Below are positions 1 to 9,024 of a stretch of 43,374 bases of DNA, piece after piece (positions within the stretch are counted from its first letter, which is position 1; every line of letters starts with the position of its first letter). Position numbers and translations under genes: made by a program. The stretch comes from a virus (lineage: Duplodnaviria; Caudoviricetes): IMG/VR virus record IMGVR_UViG_3300037470_000442, positions 1-43,374 of that record. One strand, written 5' to 3'. Under the pieces are notes generated by a model. It was not told where the DNA came from. It saw nothing but the letters and a program-made list of their open reading frames with translations, and did not search any database.

Positions 1-9
1 GCCATCTCG
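1..9. repeat. Left copy of 9-bp terminal repeat GCCATCTCG (candidate cos end)
   Basis: Identical to 43366-43374; the junction lies between the HNH gene and terS, as in cos phages. Confidence 0.65.
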
Positions 10-49
10 TTGTGTGTACGGGTTCCGTTTCTTCCAGGAGATTTCGCTC

Positions 50-478
50 ATGTCCGGTCCGACCCCTAAACCCGACCAGGAGCGTCGTAGGCGGAACCAG
101 CCGACGTTTGAGTGGGCCGACGTTCCGATCGAGTCTGCTTTGTCCGCTCCGGACCTTCCCGACTTCCGTATTTGGCAGCAGCAGACTTCTGATTGGTGGG
201 TGGCGTTGTGGAGCAAGGGTCAGGCTGTCATGTGGGAGCCTTCGGGGGAGTCGTTGTGGACGTTGGCGAGCTTGATGGACGATCTGTTTGCTGGCCGGGC
301 GGAGGCACATCGTGTGTCTGCGGAGATCCGTCAGCACGAGGATCGGCATGGGTTGAACCCGAAGGCGATGATCCAGCTTCGCTGGCGGTTCGGTGTGGAA
401 CCGGAGGCGGATGTTCCTGCGCGCAAGCAGAGGAATCGCAAGGCGTCCGTGTTGAAGGTCCTTGAGGGTGGCGCCTGA
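50..478 (+). CDS. terS: Terminase small subunit
   Basis: AGGAG RBS before ATG50; MSGPTPKP..RRRRN start and EIRQHEDRHGLNP..LRW motif of actinophage TerS; precedes terL. Confidence 0.8.
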   Translation: MSGPTPKPDQERRRRNQPTFEWADVPIESALSAPDLPDFRIWQQQTSDWWVALWSKGQAVMWEPSGESLWTLASLMDDLFAGRAEAHRVSAEIRQHEDRHGLNPKAMIQLRWRFGVEPEADVPARKQRNRKASVLKVLEGGA

Positions 479-2075
479 GCTGATCACGCTCGGCTGGCAG
501 GTTGCCGACTGGGTTGAGACGATTCTGAGACACGGTCCGGGAGACGTGCAGGGCGACCCGATCGAATTGGACGACGAGTTCGCCGCTGTCCTGGTCCGGG
601 CTTACGGGCTGAATGGTGATGGTCGCCGGCTTGTCCGTCGTTACATTCTCTCTCGGTCGAAGGGTCGGGCGAAATCTGAACTGGCGGGGATGGTCGTCTG
701 CGGGGAAGCGTTGGGTCCTGTCCGGTTTGACCATTGGGCGGTTGCGGGTGAAACCTCCTGGTGGGGTTACGAGTTCGAGAAGGGTGAGCCTGTCGGTCGT
801 CCTCCGACCTACCCATTCATCCGGTGTCTCGCCACTGAGGAAACCCAGTCGGGCAACACTTACGACAACGTCCATTTCATGCTGTCGGACGCGGTCGACG
901 CTGGCCGACTGGACAAGATCGACGTTGGGTTGACTCGCACGTTCCTTCCTGGCGGTGGGGAGATCCGACCGTCGACAGCGGCTAACTCGTCGAAGGACGG
1001 CGGGAAGGAGACCTTCGCGGTTTTCGACGAAACCCACCTGTATGTGCTTCCGGAGCTCAGGCAGATGCATGCGACGGTGCGAAGGAACCTGCGGAAACGT
1101 AAGGCGGCGCAACCGTGGTCTTTGGAGACGACGACCATGTACGAGGCGGGCGCTGATTCGGTCGCTGAGACAACTCACCGGGCGTTGACCGGGAAGAAAC
1201 CTCCCGTCGATGTCGTGTTCGACCATCGTGAGGGTCCTGACCCGGACAAGTTCGACTGGGACGACGACAAGGCTCTACTCGCTGCTCTCGAGACTGCTTA
1301 CGGTCCGGCCGCTGAGTGGATGGACCTTCCGGGGATTGTCGCGGAGATCCGCGATCCGGAAACGGAAAAGTCGGATGCGATCCGCTTTTTCCTAAACCGG
1401 CCGTCTTCCACTGACGCGGACTTCCTGTCGTTGCGGGAATGGGACAAGCTGGCCGATCCTGGCGCCAAGTTAGAACCGCGGGACGTGATCTGTGTCGGCT
1501 TCGACGGGTCGCATGGTGGTGACGCTACGGGCATGGTGGGTGTCCGCGCTTCGGACGGGTTGACGGTCGTGCTCGGCTTGTGGGAACGGACCGGGAAGAC
1601 GTGGGTTCTTCCTCGCAGCGAAGTGCACGAGACGGTCCGGCAAGTGTTCTCCGATTACCGGGTGGTCCGTTGGTATGGCGACCCGCGGTATTGGGAGACG
1701 GACCATGACACTTGGGCGGAGGCGTTCGGTTCGCCTCCAGTGATGGAGCTTCCCCAATCGCAACGCCGTCTGGCTGATGCCGCCTCGAGAGTGGTGACCG
1801 GCGTGAAGGCGACCCTCGCGAAGAAAGAGTTGGACGACCTGCCGGGCTTCAAACATGCCGGCGACCCGAACCTGCGTCGTCATGTGGGAAATGCGAGACG
1901 TGACCGGTTCGGTGGACGTGGCTCTCAGGACGGAAGGTGGAAGTTGGCTAAGAAAGCACCCGACCGTCATATCGACTTGGCAGTAGCCATGACTTTCGCC
2001 CATGAAGCTTTGGGCGACGCGATCAAGGCTGGCGAGATCACCACCGATGTTTTCCCGAACTTCGATTTCGTATGA
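468..2075 (+). CDS. terL: Terminase large subunit
   Basis: Walker A-like RSKGRAKS, Walker B AVFDETH, nuclease motifs VGFDGS and HIDLAVA. Confidence 0.95.
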   Translation: MAPELITLGWQVADWVETILRHGPGDVQGDPIELDDEFAAVLVRAYGLNGDGRRLVRRYILSRSKGRAKSELAGMVVCGEALGPVRFDHWAVAGETSWWGYEFEKGEPVGRPPTYPFIRCLATEETQSGNTYDNVHFMLSDAVDAGRLDKIDVGLTRTFLPGGGEIRPSTAANSSKDGGKETFAVFDETHLYVLPELRQMHATVRRNLRKRKAAQPWSLETTTMYEAGADSVAETTHRALTGKKPPVDVVFDHREGPDPDKFDWDDDKALLAALETAYGPAAEWMDLPGIVAEIRDPETEKSDAIRFFLNRPSSTDADFLSLREWDKLADPGAKLEPRDVICVGFDGSHGGDATGMVGVRASDGLTVVLGLWERTGKTWVLPRSEVHETVRQVFSDYRVVRWYGDPRYWETDHDTWAEAFGSPPVMELPQSQRRLADAASRVVTGVKATLAKKELDDLPGFKHAGDPNLRRHVGNARRDRFGGRGSQDGRWKLAKKAPDRHIDLAVAMTFAHEALGDAIKAGEITTDVFPNFDFV

Positions 2076-2239
2076 CTCCGGTTCAGGCTCGTCTTCTGGC
2101 AACTGGCGCAGTGTTGGTTGGTGTGGTGTTGGCGGCGGTGGCTGCTGTTTTCTACTTTGACTGGCGTGCCGGCCTGGTGGTCGGTTCGGTGTTTCTGATT
2201 GCCGGCGGGCTCACTTCGCTAAGGAGTACGGATGGTTGA
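2072..2239 (+). CDS. Small two-TM membrane protein (55 aa, not in ORF track)
   Basis: Hand translation MTPVQARLLATGAVLVGVVLAAVAAVFYFDWRAGLVVGSVFLIAGGLTSLRSTDG; overlaps terL stop and portal start. Confidence 0.7.
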   Translation: MTPVQARLLATGAVLVGVVLAAVAAVFYFDWRAGLVVGSVFLIAGGLTSLRSTDG

Positions 2240-3569
2240 TCTGCTCGCCGCTTTTGTGAAAGGTGAACGCCGCTCCGAGTTGAGTCTTGGTGATGTTGCC
2301 GGCTATTTCGGGTTCAATGGTGTGACCTACCCGTACGGGTTGAATCAGACTTTGTATGGGGATCGGGAGGAGATTCCGTCATCGTTCGACGGTTACGTGT
2401 CGGGGGCGTATAAGTCGAATGGGATCGTGTTCGCCTGCGAACTGGTCCGGATGATGGTGTTCTCTGAGGCGCGGCTGATGTACCGAAAGCTGGTTAACGG
2501 GCGGCCGGGCGAACTGCACCACACTTCGTCGTTGAACGTTCTTCACCGTCCCGGTCCGGGGCAGACGACCGGCGACCTGTTGACTCGGGCAATCTTGGAT
2601 GCGGATCTGGCGGGTAACCATTTCGCAGTCCGTTCCGGTAGCCGGGTGGTGAGGCTCCGTCCGGACTGGGTGTCGATCCTGCTCGGCTCTGACCGGTCGG
2701 ACATGGACGTTGTGGATGATCCTGAGGCTGAAGTGGTCGCCTACTTGTACCATCCGAAGGGGAACAAGTATTCCGATCCGATCTTCTACCTGCCTGAGAA
2801 TGTGGCGCATTGGGCTCCGGTTCCTGATCCGATAGCGAACTTTCGGGGCATGTCCTGGCTGACTCCGGTCGTCCGTGAAATCCAAGGCGACAAGCTCGCT
2901 TCGGCACATAAGAACAAGTTCTTCGAGAATGGTGCCACGCCGAACATGATCGTGAAGAACGACATTTCGGATGTGGACACGTTCAAAAAGTGGACTGCCC
3001 TATTCCGCCAACAGTATGAGGGTGTCGGCAACGCCTACCGGACCTTGTATCTGGGTGCTGGAGCGGATGCGACGGTGGTCGGGGCGGACATGCAGCAGCT
3101 CGACTTCAAGGTGGTGCAGGGCGCCGGGGAAACGAGGATTGCTGCTGCGTCTGGTGTCGGTGCGGTGATGGCCCAGTTCTCGGAGGGCATGGCCGGGTCT
3201 TCTTTGAACGCAGGGAACTATGCGGCCGCCCGTCGGAGGGTCGCGGACGCGCTGTTCCGTCCACTGTGGCGTTCGTTTTGCGGCAGTTATGAGCAGATCG
3301 TGACGGTTCCCCGCAATTCCGAACTGTGGTATGACGAACGGGACATTGCGTTCCTTCGGGAAGATGAGAAGGACGCAGCGGAGATTCAGAACACTCGAGC
3401 CCTGTCGATTCGATCTCTGCTGGATGCGGGATATGAGGCGGACTCTGTTGTGAAGGCGATCGAGAACGACGATTTCACTCTTTTGAAGCACACTGGACTG
3501 TTTTCCGTGCAATTGCAGCCGCCCGGCTCTGAACAGCCTGACCCTGAACCTGAGATTGATGACGACTGA
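2232..3569 (+). CDS. Portal protein (HK97 family)
   Basis: GN..A..R, LRPDWV, RGMSWL, FFENGATP motifs; synteny. Confidence 0.93.
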   Translation: MVDLLAAFVKGERRSELSLGDVAGYFGFNGVTYPYGLNQTLYGDREEIPSSFDGYVSGAYKSNGIVFACELVRMMVFSEARLMYRKLVNGRPGELHHTSSLNVLHRPGPGQTTGDLLTRAILDADLAGNHFAVRSGSRVVRLRPDWVSILLGSDRSDMDVVDDPEAEVVAYLYHPKGNKYSDPIFYLPENVAHWAPVPDPIANFRGMSWLTPVVREIQGDKLASAHKNKFFENGATPNMIVKNDISDVDTFKKWTALFRQQYEGVGNAYRTLYLGAGADATVVGADMQQLDFKVVQGAGETRIAAASGVGAVMAQFSEGMAGSSLNAGNYAAARRRVADALFRPLWRSFCGSYEQIVTVPRNSELWYDERDIAFLREDEKDAAEIQNTRALSIRSLLDAGYEADSVVKAIENDDFTLLKHTGLFSVQLQPPGSEQPDPEPEIDDD

Positions 3570-3579
3570 CGTCTGGTTT

Positions 3580-3647
3580 GAGGGTCCGCCGCCGGTTATC
3601 ACCGCTCTATCCCTCTCGGGCGACTCCTCTCGGAGTGACGAACCCTC
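3580..3647 (-). ncRNA. Four-way-junction structured RNA element
   Basis: Minus strand: 11-bp helix GAGGGUUCGUC/GGCGGACCCUC with G-U pairs enclosing ACUCC-GAGA-GGAGU, CCC-GAGA-GGG and CGGU-GAUA-ACCG hairpins. Confidence 0.5.
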
Positions 3648-3762
3648 TAGCCAAGAATCGTGGTGCTCTCCCAACCTGAGCTACCGGTGATCCCTCTGGC
3701 AGTCGACTGCCGTTGGGCCGGGGTGGATTTGAACCACCGACCTCCACGTACTTTCAGATTAA
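3647..3762 (-). ncRNA. YrlA-like Y RNA / circularly permuted tRNA mimic
   Basis: Minus strand order: CGUGG, AGGUC, T arm GGUGG-UUCAAAU-CCACC, loop-closed acceptor-like stem, UA, D arm GCUC-AGGUUGGGA-GAGC, A, CCACG. Confidence 0.7.
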
Positions 3763-3810
3763 CGCTTTCCCCGATCCTTTCCAACCCCCTTCCGTCAAAG
3801 GACACGCCTG

Positions 3811-4650
3811 ATGACTGACATTCGTGAACGTTTCGCTCAAGAGCTCGGCCCCGGCGGGCTGGAAGCCCGCGGTTACACGTCGACCGTGGAAGCCCGCGAT
3901 GCTGACTCCGCGCCGATGATCATTTCAGGGCTCGGCAGCCCCTACGACCAGTCGACCAGGATTGAGGGCTGGTCGGAAGATTGGGATGAGATTGTCGCTC
4001 CCGGAGCCTGGCGGAGTGCGATCACCCGTCCGGACGCCGACATTATTTCGACGTTCAACCATGACATTAACAATCTGATCGCCCGCACCCCCGACACTCT
4101 CGCTCTGACTGATCCGGAGAAGGGGCTGGTCTACGAGGCGACTGTCAACCCGGACGATCCGAACGCGCTCGGAATCCACGCGCGGGTAGCACGACGGGAC
4201 GTGACCGGCTCTTCTGTCTGGTTTCGGGTGGAGAAGGACCAGTGGGAGGAGCCTTCCGAGGATAACGACCTGGAAGTCCCGGTTCGGACGATCCTCCGAG
4301 CGGACCTGTTCGAAGTTGGCCCGGTCGTATTCCCTGCTTTCCCGCAGACAACGTCTGAGACGTCTGCCGCGGGATTCCGCCATCTCGGTTACCAGCGTTC
4401 AGCCCTCCACACGATGGACGGCGCCTTGCGGTCTGCCGGCATCACGCGGCACGCTTCTCTCGCCGCATCAGCATTCAGATTTCTCGCAGACCCCGAAAAG
4501 GAGATCCGGGACTGGTTCCTTAAGGTTCCCGACCTTCGCGACCGGGTCTGCGACCTTGAACGTGCCGCCGCTGCAGCCGAGTCTGCACAGCCGCACGTCG
4601 ACCTTGCCCGCAGTCTCGAACTGTACGGGCTGATACATCCCGCCAGCTAG
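3811..4650 (+). CDS. HK97-family prohead protease
   Basis: EIVAPGA, FNHD (His), GSSVWF (Ser), LFEVGPVVFPAF motifs. Confidence 0.92.
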   Translation: MTDIRERFAQELGPGGLEARGYTSTVEARDADSAPMIISGLGSPYDQSTRIEGWSEDWDEIVAPGAWRSAITRPDADIISTFNHDINNLIARTPDTLALTDPEKGLVYEATVNPDDPNALGIHARVARRDVTGSSVWFRVEKDQWEEPSEDNDLEVPVRTILRADLFEVGPVVFPAFPQTTSETSAAGFRHLGYQRSALHTMDGALRSAGITRHASLAASAFRFLADPEKEIRDWFLKVPDLRDRVCDLERAAAAAESAQPHVDLARSLELYGLIHPAS

Positions 4651-4711
4651 GTCTCTGGCATCCCCGCGCGACACCACGTCTGGTTTGTCGCGTCCATGAA
4701 AGGACTACCTA

Positions 4712-6166
4712 ATGGACCGTAAGGCCCTAGAAGAGCGGCTGGTCGCATTCGCGGCCGAAGCCGACGAACTGATTGAAGAGCAGCGGACTATCGCTGACCT
4801 CGACCCTGCTGAGCAGGACGAGGAGAAGTTCGCTGAGAACGAGGCTCGTCTCACCGCGATTGCGGAGGAGAAGTCGGAAGTTGCTCAGAAGTTGAAGAGG
4901 CTCGATCGGATCGAGAAGCTCGCCGAGCAGAAGAAGAACCTGGTTGACGGTGTCAACTTCAACGTGAACGTGAAGAAGGACCCGTTCGACTTGAACGATC
5001 TTCGTTGGAACACTCCCACCGGGGAGCTTCGTGGTCGTGCTCGCACCGCCATCGAGCAGGTTGAAGGGCACTTGTCCGACGAGCAGCGTGGAGCTGTCAC
5101 GGAGAAGCTGGAGAAGGTTGATGACTCTCGTGGGATCATCGCCAACCTGGTGCTCCGTACCGGCAACGAGGACTATCGGAAGGCGTTCCATAAGGCCATG
5201 TGCGGCCGGCAAGATCTGTGGACACACGACGAGCGTTCGTCTGTCGCAGCTCTGGACGAGTATCGCACGGCCATGGGGTTGACGACCACGACTGGTGGTT
5301 TCGCCGTGCCGTTCACTCTTGATGCGACTCTGATCCTGACGAACACGGGGACTGTGAACCCGATCCGTCAGATTGCCAGGAACGTGTCGATTGTGACAGA
5401 TGCTTGGAACGGCCTGTCGTCTGCTGGTGTGGACGCTGCATGGCTCGCAGAGAGCACTGAGGCTTCCGAGCACAGCGTGACGTTCGCCCAGCCGAACATT
5501 CCTGTGGAGAAGGCTGCCGCCTTCGTCCGTGGTTCGTTCGAAATCTTCCAGGATTATCAGAACATTGAGGCTGACCTTGCCATGGCGATCGCCGACGGTA
5601 AGGACCGTCTGGAGGGCACTGCTTTCATCAACGGTGCCGGTTCCGGTGAGCCCATCGGGGTTATCACCGCTCTTGACGGTGGTTCCTCGGAAGTGTCTCC
5701 GACCACTGCTGAAGTGTTCGCTGTTGCGGACATTTACAAGCTGCAGGCTGCCCTGCCGCCGAGGTGGCGTCCGGGTGCGTCGTGGGTTGCTGACCTGTCG
5801 ACCATCAACGCTATCCGTCAGTTCGCTACGGCCAACAACTATCACGGGTTCCTGACCGACCTGTCTGGGGATTCCCCGCAGGTCATGTTGGGTCGCAGGT
5901 TGTACGAGTCGTCCGACATGGACGCCTTCTCGGCCATTGACGCGTCGGAGACCGACGGCAACAACCACATTCTCCTGTTCGGCGACTTCCGACAGTATGT
6001 GATCGTGGATCGGATCGGCATGTCGATCGAGTACATCCCGAACCTGGTCGGAGGAAGTAACAACTTCCCGACCGGTGAGCGTGGATGGTTCGCACACTGG
6101 AGGGTCGGAGCAGACTCCGTCGTGGATGCTGCTTTCCGGGTTCTTACCGTGGCCACCGCTTCCTAG
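4712..6166 (+). CDS. Major capsid protein (HK97 fold, N-terminal delta domain)
   Basis: Coiled-coil N-terminus, GGFAVP, FINGAGSGEPIG, LFGDF..YVIVDR motifs. Confidence 0.95.
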   Translation: MDRKALEERLVAFAAEADELIEEQRTIADLDPAEQDEEKFAENEARLTAIAEEKSEVAQKLKRLDRIEKLAEQKKNLVDGVNFNVNVKKDPFDLNDLRWNTPTGELRGRARTAIEQVEGHLSDEQRGAVTEKLEKVDDSRGIIANLVLRTGNEDYRKAFHKAMCGRQDLWTHDERSSVAALDEYRTAMGLTTTTGGFAVPFTLDATLILTNTGTVNPIRQIARNVSIVTDAWNGLSSAGVDAAWLAESTEASEHSVTFAQPNIPVEKAAAFVRGSFEIFQDYQNIEADLAMAIADGKDRLEGTAFINGAGSGEPIGVITALDGGSSEVSPTTAEVFAVADIYKLQAALPPRWRPGASWVADLSTINAIRQFATANNYHGFLTDLSGDSPQVMLGRRLYESSDMDAFSAIDASETDGNNHILLFGDFRQYVIVDRIGMSIEYIPNLVGGSNNFPTGERGWFAHWRVGADSVVDAAFRVLTVATAS

Positions 6167-6168
6167 TA

Positions 6169-6213
6169 GAAGGGTTTGATCGGGTGGGGGTTTCGGCCCC
6201 CACCCGACCCTTC
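6169..6213 (+). terminator. Strong hairpin after capsid gene
   Basis: TCGGGTGGGGG-TTTCGG-CCCCCACCCGA, extended by GAAGGG/CCCTTC; no U tract. Confidence 0.6.
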
Positions 6214-6228
6214 GGAAAGAGATTTGAA

Positions 6229-6645
6229 ATGGGAAGACCCACACATGCTTTCTATCCGGCTCAGCCTGTCGCCGTGTTCGCTTCGGCTGCTCGTGACAAT
6301 ACGGGCGCAGAGTCGGGTATTTACGTGTCCGACACGTACGAGATCAACGCATCCCAATACCGCGGGGTTCTGATCCTGGCCAACGTGACTGTTGACGGTG
6401 CGGCTTCGACCGGGTTCGTGGTCGACGTTGATGACAAGCTGGAGGATGGCGAGTGGACCACTCGTCTCGCCTCGGCGACCATCAATGGGACCGGTACGAC
6501 GTTGATGCTTCTGCATCCGTCCGCGCCAACCGACCGTGCGAACCAGATTGAGAAAACTCCGCTCAACTACAAGTGGCGTGTGACGTGGACACATAGCGAC
6601 GAGAACGCTATGACCGGTTCCGTCCAAGCCTACTACCTGATTTAA
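6229..6645 (+). CDS. Putative capsid decoration/structural protein
   Basis: Beta-rich ORF directly after the MCP; GAAAGAG upstream of ATG. Confidence 0.55.
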   Translation: MGRPTHAFYPAQPVAVFASAARDNTGAESGIYVSDTYEINASQYRGVLILANVTVDGAASTGFVVDVDDKLEDGEWTTRLASATINGTGTTLMLLHPSAPTDRANQIEKTPLNYKWRVTWTHSDENAMTGSVQAYYLI

Positions 6646-6656
6646 GGAGATACACC

Positions 6657-6929
6657 ATGTCGAAGCCTGTGAAAGTGCTTCAAGCTCTCGAAACGTTCGC
6701 TGTGATCGGCTACCCGGAGTTCGTTCACGCCGGGGAAAGCTACCGGTCTGACGATCCTCGAGTAAAAGGCCGCGAACAATTGTTCGTGGATACTTATGAG
6801 CTGTTAGGCGTCGAGCAGGCTACGGCTTCTCCTGGTCGGAGACGGTCCGCGGTGAAACCGAAGGTTGAACCCAAGGTTGAGGTTGAGAGTGAGCCCGTCG
6901 AGACGGACGATCTCGACCTTATCGACTGA
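6657..6929 (+). CDS. Hypothetical protein (EQATASPG motif, acidic tail)
   Basis: AAGGAG RBS; position typical of small post-capsid proteins. Confidence 0.7.
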   Translation: MSKPVKVLQALETFAVIGYPEFVHAGESYRSDDPRVKGREQLFVDTYELLGVEQATASPGRRRSAVKPKVEPKVEVESEPVETDDLDLID

Positions 6930-6934
6930 GTCGA

Positions 6935-7345
6935 ATGCGGGTTTTGACCTGTGGAGTGTTCGACTGGCTCCATGAGGATCATCTGCGGCTGCTCCGCAAG
7001 TCTGCCGAATTCGGCATCGTCTACGTCGGGCTGCTGTCTGACGATCTTGCCGGGTCGGTGAAACGGCGTCCCGTCCGCTCTTGGGCGGAACGGAAGGCTG
7101 CGCTCATGGAGTTGCCGTGGGTGTTCGACGTGGTCGAAAAGCCTGTCCATGATATTCGTGGACTGGTGGAGCGGGTCAGGCCGGCCTACCTGGTGAAAGG
7201 GTCGGACTGGGTGCAGTCCGACTATTACAAGCTGAACGAGTTGACCTCCCAATTCATGGAGGCCCACAAGGTGACCTTCGTGTTAGTTCCGTCGCTGCGG
7301 CGGGTGTCAACGTCGGAGCTGATAGGGAGAGTCCGTGGTTCGTGA
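6935..7345 (+). CDS. Cytidylyl/adenylyltransferase-like protein (TagD/RfaE-type)
   Basis: GVFDWLHEDH (HxGH variant), VGLLSD, KRRPV, VKGSDW, VSTSELI. Confidence 0.85.
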   Translation: MRVLTCGVFDWLHEDHLRLLRKSAEFGIVYVGLLSDDLAGSVKRRPVRSWAERKAALMELPWVFDVVEKPVHDIRGLVERVRPAYLVKGSDWVQSDYYKLNELTSQFMEAHKVTFVLVPSLRRVSTSELIGRVRGS

Positions 7346-8033
7346 CGTCGTCTACTTTCTGAAAGAGTCGCCGCCTCGTCCGGAACTCCAGTTTTCTTTG
7401 AGGTCGCTGGCGATGATCGACCATGGGACTGTCTGGTTTGTCGGCGGGTGTCCTGATTGGGTGCGGAACGTGAATCATGTTCCGTTCCCGGACGGCGAAT
7501 TCAAATGGTGGACGTTGAACGACAAGTTCATGCTTCTTCCCGGTTTGGATGGCTTGTCCGACGAGTTTGTGCTCATGTCGGACGACTACTTTTTCCTTCG
7601 TCCTTGTGGTTCGTTTCCGAACTATGTGGACCGTGAACGGCTGTCCTATCGGATCAGACGATTGGGTGACGTGTCGAATCCGACGGGCCGTTCCGGTTGG
7701 CTGGCGGAAGCACGCGACGTGTGCCGCGCTCAGGGTGTTGCTGATCCGTTCATGTTCGACGTGCACACGCCGAGTCTTTACAACCGTCATCTGATTCCGC
7801 TCCACTTGTATCAGGGAACACCGTTGTCGTGGCGGTCGGTCTACGGGAATCTGATTGTCGATGATCCGGTGGAAATTCCGTTAGATCCGAAGTCGAATTC
7901 GTCGGCTCGGATTACGAAACTGGCCGAACTGGACATAGGACTCCTGTCGACCAGTGAACATTCTTTCACGGCGTCCGGCGCTGAACGGCTACTCGCAGGA
8001 TTGTTCCCCGAACCGTCACCGTTCGAGAGGTGA
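7335..8033 (+). CDS. Stealth-like sugar-phosphate transferase
   Basis: ELQFSLRSL and GLSDEFVLMSDDYFF resemble Stealth conserved region 2; HTP motif. Confidence 0.7.
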   Translation: MVRDVVYFLKESPPRPELQFSLRSLAMIDHGTVWFVGGCPDWVRNVNHVPFPDGEFKWWTLNDKFMLLPGLDGLSDEFVLMSDDYFFLRPCGSFPNYVDRERLSYRIRRLGDVSNPTGRSGWLAEARDVCRAQGVADPFMFDVHTPSLYNRHLIPLHLYQGTPLSWRSVYGNLIVDDPVEIPLDPKSNSSARITKLAELDIGLLSTSEHSFTASGAERLLAGLFPEPSPFER

Positions 8034-8039
8034 CCGTTC

Positions 8040-8411
8040 ATGATGCGGGACTGGCCTCGTCACAATGTTGAAACGTTTGAGGGTGGCGGCCTCCGCGTCG
8101 ACGTGTATACGAGAGACGATGATGCTGGTCGTGGGGTCTGCATGTCGGTGTATGCCGATCGGCGAGAGATCATGCGGTTCGACCTGTTCGACCATCCAGC
8201 TCACGAACATTGGAATGTTGGAGCTGCCAAACGGATCTTCTATCCGGAACAGTGGAGTTTCGACGAGAGGTTGGAGTGGGCGATGAACAGTCTTGTTCAC
8301 AACGTGCGGATTCCGCTGGGACGCGAAGTGGAGAAACCTCCGTTGGTGGGACTAGCTCGGAGTGTGGAAGCGGCGGTCCGTCGGAAGCAGGAGGAGCCGT
8401 GGACTGGCTGA
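8040..8411 (+). CDS. Hypothetical protein
   Basis: GAGGTG RBS; RFDLFDHPAHEHW motif. Confidence 0.65.
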   Translation: MMRDWPRHNVETFEGGGLRVDVYTRDDDAGRGVCMSVYADRREIMRFDLFDHPAHEHWNVGAAKRIFYPEQWSFDERLEWAMNSLVHNVRIPLGREVEKPPLVGLARSVEAAVRRKQEEPWTG

Positions 8412-8569
8412 TCAAACGGCTCCTCATGTTCACCGCCCGGGTCGCTGACTTGTACAACTGGAACCGGTTGGAATGGTGGGCGTACGACACGATCACGGCG
8501 CACGGCTGGGAAGGCATGGAGACCTTCATCACCCTGGAGTATGAGCCAGGAAGCCCCGACGATTCATAG
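8399..8569 (+). CDS. Hypothetical protein
   Basis: GGAGGAG RBS before GTG8399. Confidence 0.55.
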   Translation: MDWLIKRLLMFTARVADLYNWNRLEWWAYDTITAHGWEGMETFITLEYEPGSPDDS

Positions 8570-8649
8570 GTCGGGGAGTGGCCTGGTCGGGGCCACCCTC
8601 CCTGGGCACGACCGGCCCTCCCCCCCCCATTCTTTGAAAGGATTGACTG

Positions 8650-9024
8650 ATGGCCCAAGAGTTCACGGATGACGCCAAAGATCTGATGCTCGACGCGTTG
8701 GACGCCGGAGCGAACGCTATCTGGCTTTCCGCTCATACCGCTTCGCCGGGTTTGACGGGAGCGAACGAAGTGTCCGGCGGCTCTCCGGCTTACGCTCGGA
8801 TAGAGGCGACGTATGATGCTGCGTCTGGCGGGTCGAAAGCTCTCTCCTCGTCAGTGACCTTGGATATTCCTGCTTCTACTACGGTCGCGTTTGTTGGTGC
8901 GTGGACTGCGGAAACGGACGGCACGTTTCTCGGTCAGGTGGATACGACTGATGAAATGTTCGGCTCGCAGGGCACTCTTGAGATTACGACTGCGACCCTG
9001 GCCCTCGACCAGGACCCGGCCTGA
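8650..9024 (+). CDS. Virion fibre/appendage structural protein
   Basis: HTASPGLTGANEVSGGSPAYAR motif of a common actinophage structural family. Confidence 0.75.
   Translation: MAQEFTDDAKDLMLDALDAGANAIWLSAHTASPGLTGANEVSGGSPAYARIEATYDAASGGSKALSSSVTLDIPASTTVAFVGAWTAETDGTFLGQVDTTDEMFGSQGTLEITTATLALDQDPA

Noticed and set aside
3647-3762. Ordinary tRNA-Phe gene or attP remnant
   Set aside because: Halves are in reverse order, the acceptor is loop-closed, and no intact anticodon loop or clear bulge-helix-bulge motif is present
3569-4687. ACGTCTGGTTTG repeated after portal and protease genes
   Set aside because: Only two 12-bp copies; chance cannot be excluded
4727-6244. 505-aa antisense ORF and similar long minus-strand ORFs (228-1226, 15771-16577, 31455-32375)
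   Set aside because: Shadows of well-supported plus-strand genes in high-GC DNA; no motifs
8570-8630. GC-rich intergenic hairpin with C run
   Set aside because: Imperfect stem, no U tract, no recognisable family
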